The translations under genes were made by a program, and so were the position numbers. DNA of 64,000 nt from an uncultured Alphaproteobacteria bacterium (GTDB lineage: Bacteria > Pseudomonadota > Alphaproteobacteria > HIMB59 > GCA-002718135), in assembly GCA_902604905.1 (NCBI GenBank), contig CACLAN010000001.1, forward strand, positions 75,118-139,117, in the 5' to 3' direction. Shown here piece by piece: positions 36,060 to 44,181 of the stretch (its first letter is position 1; every line of letters begins with the position of its first letter). Under the pieces are notes generated by a model. That model saw only the letters and a list, made by a program, of their open reading frames with translations, was not told the DNA's origin and searched no databases.

Positions 36060-36922
36060 TGAATAATAATTTAAAAAAAATAAACATATATGCAATTTAT
36101 TTAGGTGCATTTATTTTAATATTACCTCTTATCGCTTTCTTTATTAATGCATTTTCTTTTAGATGGTTTTATCCGCAAGTTATTCCAAAAGAGTTAAGTC
36201 TTCAAGCTTGGGTAAGGTTGAAATTAATACCAAAACCAGGACAAAGAACTTTCGATGGATTTATAGAACTTTGGGCTTCTAATCCTGCAGTTATTAAAGC
36301 ATTATTAAATAGTTTGAGTATTGGTTTTTTAGTGACAATTGTTTCAATAATTATCGCATTACCTGCAGCAAGGGTACTAGGTCTATTAAATTTTAGATTT
36401 AAAAAATTAATTATTTTTATAATGGTCTCTCCTACTATACTTCCTCCAATAGCTTTTGTTTTAGGATTGAATATCAATTTTATATCATGGGGTTTTTCAG
36501 GTAATTATTTTGGTGTATGTTTAGTGCACTTAGTTCCAATTATGCCGTATGTTGTTCTTACTATGACTGGAATATTTGCAAACTATAACCCTGATTTTGA
36601 GCATCAAGCAAGGACGTTAGGAGCAAATAAGACAAAAACATTTTTGTTAATTACTTTACCTGCTATAGCCCCAGGAATGGTTGTTGCAGCATTATTTGCA
36701 TTTTTAGTTTCATGGAGTCAGTATCTTTTAACATTTTTAATTGGTGCTGGAAAAGTTATGACACTACCGCTCCTTGTTTTTTCAACTGCTTCATCAGGAA
36801 ATCCAGCTTTAACAGCTGCAATATCAATTATATTTATTTTTCCTGCTATATTGATTTTATTTTTTACATCAAAATTTGTTTCTGGTGAATCTGGGGCTAC
36901 TAGTGGATTTGGGAAAATATAA
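36056..36922 (+). CDS. ABC importer permease 2
   Basis: 6 TM. EAA-loop HQARTLGANKTKTFLLITLPAIAP. 4-nt overlap with permease 1. Confidence 0.85.
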   Translation: MMNNNLKKINIYAIYLGAFILILPLIAFFINAFSFRWFYPQVIPKELSLQAWVRLKLIPKPGQRTFDGFIELWASNPAVIKALLNSLSIGFLVTIVSIIIALPAARVLGLLNFRFKKLIIFIMVSPTILPPIAFVLGLNINFISWGFSGNYFGVCLVHLVPIMPYVVLTMTGIFANYNPDFEHQARTLGANKTKTFLLITLPAIAPGMVVAALFAFLVSWSQYLLTFLIGAGKVMTLPLLVFSTASSGNPALTAAISIIFIFPAILILFFTSKFVSGESGATSGFGKI

Positions 36923-36924
36923 AA

Positions 36925-37980
36925 ATGAGTAAACTAAATATTAAAAATTTAATCAAAAGTTTTCCTAGCATGGATAGGCCAGCAGTAAACAATATAAATT
37001 TAGATATTGAAAGCGGAGAACTAGTTGCGTTTCTTGGACCTTCAGGTTGCGGTAAAACAACTATTTTAAAAATGATCACAGGATTGTTTCAACCTGATAG
37101 TGGAGATATTATACTTGATGAGCAATCACTATTAAAAATTCCAACTGAAAAAAGAGGGGTAGTTATGGTTTTCCAAAATTATCTTTTGTTCCCTTATATG
37201 AATGTAAATGAAAATGTTGGCTTTGCACTAAAAATGAAAGGTGTAGATAAAAATATAATAGATCAAAAAGTAAAAGAAATGTTAGAACTGGTAAAATTAC
37301 CAGATATTGGATTAAGAAAACCAAAACAACTTTCTGGAGGTCAACAACAAAGAGTTGCACTAGCCAGAGCATTGATATCTAATCCTAGAATATTGCTTCT
37401 AGATGAACCATTAAGTAATCTTGACGCACATTTAAGAGATGAAATGCGAGATTTAATTGTAACTATTCAACAAAAATTAAAAGTAACAACAATATTTGTA
37501 ACACATGATCAAGAAGAAGCGGTTCTTCTAGCAGATAAGATAGCTTTAATTTTTGATGGCGAATTACAAAATTTTACTTCTCCAAAAAATTATTATGAAA
37601 AACCAAAAAATATAAAAGCTGCAAAATTTTTTGGTGGAGTTAATTTTATTAATGCAAAGAAAGATAATAATAATCTATCTACTACTATTGGAACAGTTCA
37701 TTACAAAGGTGAAAATTATACAGATTTAAATGAAGATAATATAATTACTATTAGACCCGAAAATATTAAGTTAAGTAAAAATAATGATTTCAATGATAAT
37801 TCATTCAAAGGCTTAATTAAATCAGTTATATTTTCAGGAACTCATACTAGATACAAAATTATAGTAAAGGATTTAGAATTAGAATGCTCATTACAATCCG
37901 TAGGATTACAAGACATAAAAACAGATGATACAATTTATGTTCATTTACCCAGTGATAAAATATGGGCGATGAATGAATAA
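36925..37980 (+). CDS. ABC importer ATP-binding protein (PotA/MalK-like, with C-terminal regulatory/TOBE-like domain)
   Basis: Walker A GPSGCGKTT, signature LSGGQQQRVALARAL, Walker B LLLDEPLSNLD. Confidence 0.9.
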   Translation: MSKLNIKNLIKSFPSMDRPAVNNINLDIESGELVAFLGPSGCGKTTILKMITGLFQPDSGDIILDEQSLLKIPTEKRGVVMVFQNYLLFPYMNVNENVGFALKMKGVDKNIIDQKVKEMLELVKLPDIGLRKPKQLSGGQQQRVALARALISNPRILLLDEPLSNLDAHLRDEMRDLIVTIQQKLKVTTIFVTHDQEEAVLLADKIALIFDGELQNFTSPKNYYEKPKNIKAAKFFGGVNFINAKKDNNNLSTTIGTVHYKGENYTDLNEDNIITIRPENIKLSKNNDFNDNSFKGLIKSVIFSGTHTRYKIIVKDLELECSLQSVGLQDIKTDDTIYVHLPSDKIWAMNE

Positions 37981-39916
37981 AAATATTGCAACAATTTCTT
38001 TTTCAAAAAATAATATAATATCAAAACTTTCAAAACATATGTTTGGAACTAATCTGGAACATATTGGAGATGCAATTTATAGAAATGGAATTTGGGCAGA
38101 AGTAGTAGAAAATAGAAAATTTTGTGGTCCTGATAAATTAGTTTGGAACAATGGTTTAGAAAATGATCATTTAGATTTTGGCATTGTTCAGCCTTGGAAA
38201 GGTTATAACGCTTCTGCAAAACACGTGATGTACGCACATACTAACTCCGAATATATTGTAAAAGGTGAAGAGATTATTAGTAGATACGGGAGCGGCAAAC
38301 AATCTCAACAAATTACTATTCGAGAAAAATCACAAATACAAAGAGGTATTAAGCAAAAGATTAATATTATTGACTCAAAAGATGAATACGAATTCAGTAT
38401 TTATTTCAAAGGTGAAAATCAAAAAGTATTTATAAATATTGGAGAAATAAATTTTACTTTTAATGCAAATAAAAATTGGAAAAAAATAAAAAAAACATTT
38501 ACTTTTAAAAAAAGTAATAGCTTAAAAACCCTATCTATCTCTATTAAGTCTGGAACAATTTTTATTGCAAACTGTTCATTAATGCCAAAAAATACAATTT
38601 TTGGATTTAGAAAAGATATCACAGAAATGATTAAAGAATGGAAGCCAAGTTATATTCGTTGGCCTGGGGGTAATTTTCTTTCAGGTTATAATTGGCAGAA
38701 TGGTGTTGGAAAAAAAGATTACCGTCTCCCCTACTACGATCACGCTTGGTATCAATGGGAGTACAACGATGTAGGGACAGATGAATTTATGAAATGGTGT
38801 GAATATATTGGTAGCGAGCCAATGATTACCATCAATACTGGTGATGGTACTATTCAAGAAGCAAAAAATTGGATCGAATATATGATTGGATCAATTAACA
38901 CAAAATATGGAAAATTAAGATATAAAAACGGCAGAAAAAATCCTTATGAATTAGAAACAATTTTTATTGGAAATGAAATGTTTGGGGGATGGCAAATTGG
39001 TCATACAGATCCAGTTACTTATGCAAATAAATATAATGTTTTTGTAAAAGAGTTAAAAAAATTAAATAAAAAATTACGATTTATTGCGGTTGGTGCTTGT
39101 TCTGATCATTTTGGACATTGGAATGAATATGTTTTAAAAAATATTAAAGAAAAAATTGATGAATTAAGTGTCCATTATTATTCTATAAGAACTGAAAAAG
39201 ATAAAAAACATCCTGATTATAGAAAACGTTTTATACCAACAGTCGCTGCCGCAACAGAAGTGAGATTAATGTTGGATAGAACAATAAAAGAAATAAAAAA
39301 ATATTCTAATAAAAACATTAAAATAGCCTTTGATGAATGGAACACTTATGTGGAGGCAATTCCACCTTATTTTATTGAGAATTATAATATTGCTGATGCA
39401 ATTTACGCTGCCTCACTTCTCAACGCATGTATAAATAGAGGAAATATAATTACCAACACTGGTATTTATCATTTGATAAATGTAATGGGTAATTACCGAA
39501 TAGAAAAAAAGAAAATTTGGAAAACTCCAACAACACTTGTTTTAGAACTTTATACAAAATTTCATAAAGGTAAAATTTTAAAATCAGTTGTTAATTCTTC
39601 AACTTTTGTGTCTTTTAAATTAGGTAAACAGCCTGAATATAAAAATAATAAACTAATTGACTCTGCTGTAACAATGGATGGAAAAAATATATGTATGTCT
39701 GTTGTTAATAAATCAAGTTCAGAAAAAATACGTTTAAAGATTCCACATCTAGACAGGATAACTGAAAACTATTGTATTAAAGGATCTAATAAAGTTGACC
39801 TAAATACTTATTCAAATACTTCAAAGGTTAAGATCAAAAAAAATTCCTTAAAAATTAGTAAAGGATTTTTAATACTACCACCACACTCAATAAGTGTTAT
39901 ACTTTTTAATATATAA
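37973..39916 (+). CDS. Glycoside hydrolase family 51 (alpha-L-arabinofuranosidase-like), cytoplasmic
   Basis: IRWPGGNFLSGYNWQNGVG, FIGNEMFGGWQIGH (acid/base Glu) and IAFDEWN (nucleophile Glu) are GH51 blocks. No signal peptide. The start overlaps the ATPase stop by 8 nt. Confidence 0.8.
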   Translation: MNKNIATISFSKNNIISKLSKHMFGTNLEHIGDAIYRNGIWAEVVENRKFCGPDKLVWNNGLENDHLDFGIVQPWKGYNASAKHVMYAHTNSEYIVKGEEIISRYGSGKQSQQITIREKSQIQRGIKQKINIIDSKDEYEFSIYFKGENQKVFINIGEINFTFNANKNWKKIKKTFTFKKSNSLKTLSISIKSGTIFIANCSLMPKNTIFGFRKDITEMIKEWKPSYIRWPGGNFLSGYNWQNGVGKKDYRLPYYDHAWYQWEYNDVGTDEFMKWCEYIGSEPMITINTGDGTIQEAKNWIEYMIGSINTKYGKLRYKNGRKNPYELETIFIGNEMFGGWQIGHTDPVTYANKYNVFVKELKKLNKKLRFIAVGACSDHFGHWNEYVLKNIKEKIDELSVHYYSIRTEKDKKHPDYRKRFIPTVAAATEVRLMLDRTIKEIKKYSNKNIKIAFDEWNTYVEAIPPYFIENYNIADAIYAASLLNACINRGNIITNTGIYHLINVMGNYRIEKKKIWKTPTTLVLELYTKFHKGKILKSVVNSSTFVSFKLGKQPEYKNNKLIDSAVTMDGKNICMSVVNKSSSEKIRLKIPHLDRITENYCIKGSNKVDLNTYSNTSKVKIKKNSLKISKGFLILPPHSISVILFNI

Positions 39917-40002
39917 ATTACCTTTTTTTTTGTTAAATCTCAGAGTTTAAAAGAGTATTGAAGTGATTGAAATAAAGATTTTAATGACTACCTATTCACA
40001 AT

Positions 40003-40578
40003 ATGGACAGTTATTTGGAATCAATAATTAAAAGAGATCCTGCAGCCAGAAGTAAATTAAGCATAATATTAACTTATCCTGGTGTAAAATCTGTATTTTT
40101 TCATAAAATAGCAAATCAATTATGGAATTTAAATTTATACACTCTTGCAAGAATAATATCTCAATTTAGTCGTTTCTTAACTGGAATTGAAATTCACCCA
40201 GCTGCAAAAATAGGTAAAAATCTTTTTATAGATCACGGGATGGGAACTGTAATTGGTGAAACAAGTGAAATTGGTGATAATGTTACACTTTATCATGGCG
40301 TAACATTAGGAGGTATTAGTCCTGCTGAAAATTCGAAAGATCAAAGAGATACAAAAAGACACCCAACGATTAAGGATAATGTAATTATTGGTTGTGGTGC
40401 AAGTATTCTTGGTCCAATTAATATTGGAAGTTGTGCAAGAGTTGGAGCTAATACAGTAGTATTAAAAGATGTTCCTCCTTATGCAACAATGGTAGGTAAT
40501 CCTGTTAAAAACATTAATATTAATAAAGATACATCATTCAATCCATATGGTGTAAGAGATATTGATGATAACAAATAA
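40003..40578 (+). CDS. cysE: Serine O-acetyltransferase
   Basis: [57 protein letters not shown] (hexapeptide LbH). Confidence 0.9.
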   Translation: MDSYLESIIKRDPAARSKLSIILTYPGVKSVFFHKIANQLWNLNLYTLARIISQFSRFLTGIEIHPAAKIGKNLFIDHGMGTVIGETSEIGDNVTLYHGVTLGGISPAENSKDQRDTKRHPTIKDNVIIGCGASILGPINIGSCARVGANTVVLKDVPPYATMVGNPVKNININKDTSFNPYGVRDIDDNK

Positions 40579-41563
40579 TGTTACTGAATTAATTGGTAAC
40601 ACTCCTTTAATAAAATTAAAATACCCCACAGAAATTTCAGGTTGCGAAATATATGGTAAGGCTGAATTTATGAATCCAGCTGGTTCAGTAAAAGATAGAA
40701 CAGCACTTGGTATCATCGAAGATGCAGAAGATAAAAAATTATTGGAACCAGGTGGAACTGTTGTTGAGGGTACTTTTGGGAACACTGGGATAGGCTTAGC
40801 ATTAGTTTGTAATGCAAAAAATTATAATCTAGAAATAGTGATGCCTAACATAACTGTGCAATCTAAAAGAGATATACTAAAAAATATGGGGGCAAAACTT
40901 CATTTAGTTGACGCAAAACCTTATTCTGATCCTGGAAATTATCAAAAAGTCTCACAGCAATTAGCTAAAGATATTGAAAAACAAACAGGTAAGAAAACTT
41001 TTTGGGCCGGTCAGTTTGAAAATACTGCAAATTATAAATTTCATGAAAAAACAACTTCTATGGAAATTTTTAATCAAACTGATGGAAAAATAGATGGATT
41101 TACATGTGCAATCGGAACTGGAGGAACTTTAACTGGTGTAAGTGTTGGATTAAAAACAAAAAATAAAGAGATTATTATTGCTTGTACGGACTCACAAGGT
41201 TCATCTATGTTTAATTATTTTACAAATGGTACTCCAGAAAAAAAAGGCGATGAATCAATCACAGAGGGCATCGGACAGGCTAGAGTAACAAAAAATTTAG
41301 AAAATTGTGTTGTAGATCAATCATTTTTTGTTTCTGATAAAGAATGTATGGAAATGCTATTTAAAATCATGAAAACAGATGGATTATTTCTTGGATTAAG
41401 TTCTGGAGTAAATATATGTGGTGCAGTAAAGCTGGCTAAATCAATGGGTACGGGTAAAAAAATAGTAACTATACTTTGTGATGATGCAAATAAATATTAT
41501 GATAAAATGTTTAATAAAGAATACTTAGTATCTAGAAATTTACCTTATGCTGATTGGATGTAA
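40562..41563 (+). CDS. PLP-dependent cysteine synthase / cystathionine beta-synthase family enzyme (CysK/MccA-like)
   Basis: [10 protein letters not shown]...[15 protein letters not shown] (PLP Lys), [16 protein letters not shown]. Confidence 0.85.
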   Translation: MMITNNVTELIGNTPLIKLKYPTEISGCEIYGKAEFMNPAGSVKDRTALGIIEDAEDKKLLEPGGTVVEGTFGNTGIGLALVCNAKNYNLEIVMPNITVQSKRDILKNMGAKLHLVDAKPYSDPGNYQKVSQQLAKDIEKQTGKKTFWAGQFENTANYKFHEKTTSMEIFNQTDGKIDGFTCAIGTGGTLTGVSVGLKTKNKEIIIACTDSQGSSMFNYFTNGTPEKKGDESITEGIGQARVTKNLENCVVDQSFFVSDKECMEMLFKIMKTDGLFLGLSSGVNICGAVKLAKSMGTGKKIVTILCDDANKYYDKMFNKEYLVSRNLPYADWM

Positions 41564-41565
41564 TA

Positions 41566-42726
41566 ATGAGTACTAAAAATAAAAAATTTAATTCAAAAGT
41601 TATTCATTCAGGTCATGGTGCTGATAAAACTACTGGCGCTGTTATGCCCCCTATTCATCTTTCATCGACTTTCAAGCAAAATTCCCCTGGGGACTTTACT
41701 TATGAATATGCAAGAACAGGAAACCCTACAAGAGATATATTAGAAAAATTATTAGTTGAATTAGAAGATGGTAAATTTGCTTATGCTTTTAGCTCAGGTA
41801 TGGCTGCAATCTCTGCATTATCAGATGCTTTAGGTAAAAATTATTCAATTATTTGTAGCGATGATGTTTATGGCGGAACAAGAAGAATATTTGATAAAAT
41901 TAAAACAGTAAATCAAAATGTGGAAGTAACCTATGCCGATCTTAGTAAAGAAAATAATTGGCAAGGTCATCTAAAAGAAAATACAAAAATGATTTGGGTT
42001 GAGACACCCTCTAATCCATTACTAAAAATTATAGATATAAAGAAAATTAGAAAAAGCTTAAAAGATGACAATATTATTATAGTCTGTGATAATACTTTTG
42101 CATCTCCTTACAATCAACAACCAATAAATAATGGCGCTGATGTTGTTATACATTCGTCAACTAAGTATCTTGGGGGGCATTCAGACATAATTGGAGGTGC
42201 ATTAATTATAAATGATAATAAAATTTTAGCTGATAAAATTAAATATATTCAAAATGCAGTTGGTGCTGTGCCCAGCCCCTTCGATTGTTATTTACTTATT
42301 CGCTCAATTAAGACACTTTCTGTAAGAATGGAGAGGCACAATAATAATGCCTTAGAAATTGCTAATTATTTATTAAAACATCCTAAAATTAAAAACGTTT
42401 TTTATCCTGGATTGGAAAATAACCCAAGTTATGAAATTGCAAAAAAGCAAATGACTGGATTTGGAGGAATATTATCAATTGAATTAATGGGTGATATTAA
42501 TTCAGCAAAAAAATTTCTTGAGACAATTCAAATATTTACTCTAGCAGAAAGTTTGGGTGGAGTTGAAAGCTTAATTGAGCATCCAGCTATAATGACACAC
42601 GCATCTATTGATAAAAAAATTAGAGATGAATTAGGAATTTCTGATACCTTAATCAGACTTTCAATTGGCATTGAAGATATTTTAGACTTAAAGAAGTCTT
42701 TAGATGATGCTCTAAAAAATATTTAA
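41566..42726 (+). CDS. Cys/Met-metabolism PLP enzyme (cystathionine gamma-lyase/beta-lyase family, MccB/MetC-like)
   Basis: YARTGNPTR, FSSGMAA, DNTFASPYNQQP, HSSTKYLGGHSD (PLP Lys), ESLGGVESL. The ATG at 41566, 2 nt after the upstream stop, is preferred over the track start at 41554. Confidence 0.85.
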   Translation: MSTKNKKFNSKVIHSGHGADKTTGAVMPPIHLSSTFKQNSPGDFTYEYARTGNPTRDILEKLLVELEDGKFAYAFSSGMAAISALSDALGKNYSIICSDDVYGGTRRIFDKIKTVNQNVEVTYADLSKENNWQGHLKENTKMIWVETPSNPLLKIIDIKKIRKSLKDDNIIIVCDNTFASPYNQQPINNGADVVIHSSTKYLGGHSDIIGGALIINDNKILADKIKYIQNAVGAVPSPFDCYLLIRSIKTLSVRMERHNNNALEIANYLLKHPKIKNVFYPGLENNPSYEIAKKQMTGFGGILSIELMGDINSAKKFLETIQIFTLAESLGGVESLIEHPAIMTHASIDKKIRDELGISDTLIRLSIGIEDILDLKKSLDDALKNI

Positions 42727-43103
42727 ATTATTTTTTTCAAATCTGGAGGTGAATAATTAGGACCCTTCATAACTTTACCGAATTCATTATAAATTGGCTT
42801 ACCTTCATCTGAAAGTTTACTCATATTACTACGATGAACTTCGTTAAAACATTTATCTAGATCTATACCAAAAGCAGCACCTGCTCCGTATGTTACAACT
42901 AAAATATCAGTTAATGCATCAGCAACTTCAACGATATCATTATCATTAATTGCATCTTTTAATTCATTAAATTCTTCATCAATCAATTTTTTTCTTAATT
43001 CAACAATTTTATTTTCTGGAAATTCAGCACTAGTTTTTACTTCTTGGCCAAAAGTTGTCATAAATTCTTTTACTTTTTCAAAATTTGTCATTTTAACTCC
43101 CAA
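42723..43103 (-). CDS. MazG-like all-alpha nucleoside triphosphate pyrophosphohydrolase
   Basis: 126 aa. LIDEEFNELKDAI...IVEVADALTDILVVTYG carries the E-x-x-E...D metal-binding helices typical of small MazG/HisE-like NTP-PPases. Confidence 0.55.
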   Translation of the reverse strand: MGVKMTNFEKVKEFMTTFGQEVKTSAEFPENKIVELRKKLIDEEFNELKDAINDNDIVEVADALTDILVVTYGAGAAFGIDLDKCFNEVHRSNMSKLSDEGKPIYNEFGKVMKGPNYSPPDLKKII

Positions 43104-43109
43104 TAATAT

Positions 43110-44138
43110 TTATTTATAAAAAATATCGTTGTAAGTCACAACTATAAAAAGAAAAGATATTATTGTTATCCCCACAGCCAAATAAACTCTTGTAATAAAC
43201 TCAGGAAGAGAGTTTGAAAAAATTCTTCTAATAATAAAATACATTATATGACCACCATCTAAAAGAGGAATAGGAAGTAAATTAAATAACCCCACAAACA
43301 AAGAAATAATAATAAATAAAAATAGAACTCCTCTAACCTGATCTAGCATCATTTGATCTGCATTTTTAACGATCCCTATAGGTCCGGCTAACTGATCTCC
43401 TAATGTACTTTCTTTATAAGATTGTTGAAGAAATGTAAAAGAAGCAGCATAATATGTTGGTATAAATAAAGATGAGTTTTTAATTGAATCAATTAAATTA
43501 TACTTATCAATAATAGGATTTTGAGGTGAAGATATTCCAATAATATACCTATTTAATTCTTCATTAAATTTTAGATCAAAATTTTTTTCAATTATCTGAT
43601 TATTTCTTTCTATTAAGATATTTATACTTTGGTTATTTGCAATTGCTTTTGGTATATCAGAAAACTCTTCAATACTAATATTATTTATTTCAAGTATTCT
43701 ATCTCCTTCTCTAAGATCATTTTCAAATGCTGATGAATTTTCACTGACTGATCCAATAATTGGCATTAAACTAACAATTCCAAAAAAGAAAAAAATGCAG
43801 AAAAGAGCAAACCACGCACTAAGAATATTAAAAATACTTCCTGCTAAAAGTACTAATATCTTTTGAATAAGTGTAAGAGATTGAAAGGATCCTTGATCAT
43901 CGTTAGGGTTTGGAGAAAATATATTATCAAGACCCTTGATTTTTACATATCCACCCAATGGAATAGGAGATAATTTCCATGTAGTGCCATTTCTATCTGT
44001 ATATTTTAAAAGAGGCTTACCAAATCCAATTGAAAAATCAGTAACTTCAGCTTTAAACCATCTAGCAACTATATAATGACCATACTCATGGATTGCGACC
44101 AGTACTAAAAAAACTAAAATAAGATTAATATAAATCAT
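43110..44138 (-). CDS. rseP: RIP zinc metalloprotease RseP (site-2 protease, M50)
   Basis: HEYGHYIVARWF (HExxH), a central PDZ-like segment, and NLLPIPLLDGGH (LDG motif). Confidence 0.85.
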   Translation of the reverse strand: MIYINLILVFLVLVAIHEYGHYIVARWFKAEVTDFSIGFGKPLLKYTDRNGTTWKLSPIPLGGYVKIKGLDNIFSPNPNDDQGSFQSLTLIQKILVLLAGSIFNILSAWFALFCIFFFFGIVSLMPIIGSVSENSSAFENDLREGDRILEINNISIEEFSDIPKAIANNQSINILIERNNQIIEKNFDLKFNEELNRYIIGISSPQNPIIDKYNLIDSIKNSSLFIPTYYAASFTFLQQSYKESTLGDQLAGPIGIVKNADQMMLDQVRGVLFLFIIISLFVGLFNLLPIPLLDGGHIMYFIIRRIFSNSLPEFITRVYLAVGITIISFLFIVVTYNDIFYK

Positions 44139-44181
44139 ACTTATTATTAAATTAATATTTTAATTAATTGATAAATAGTAA

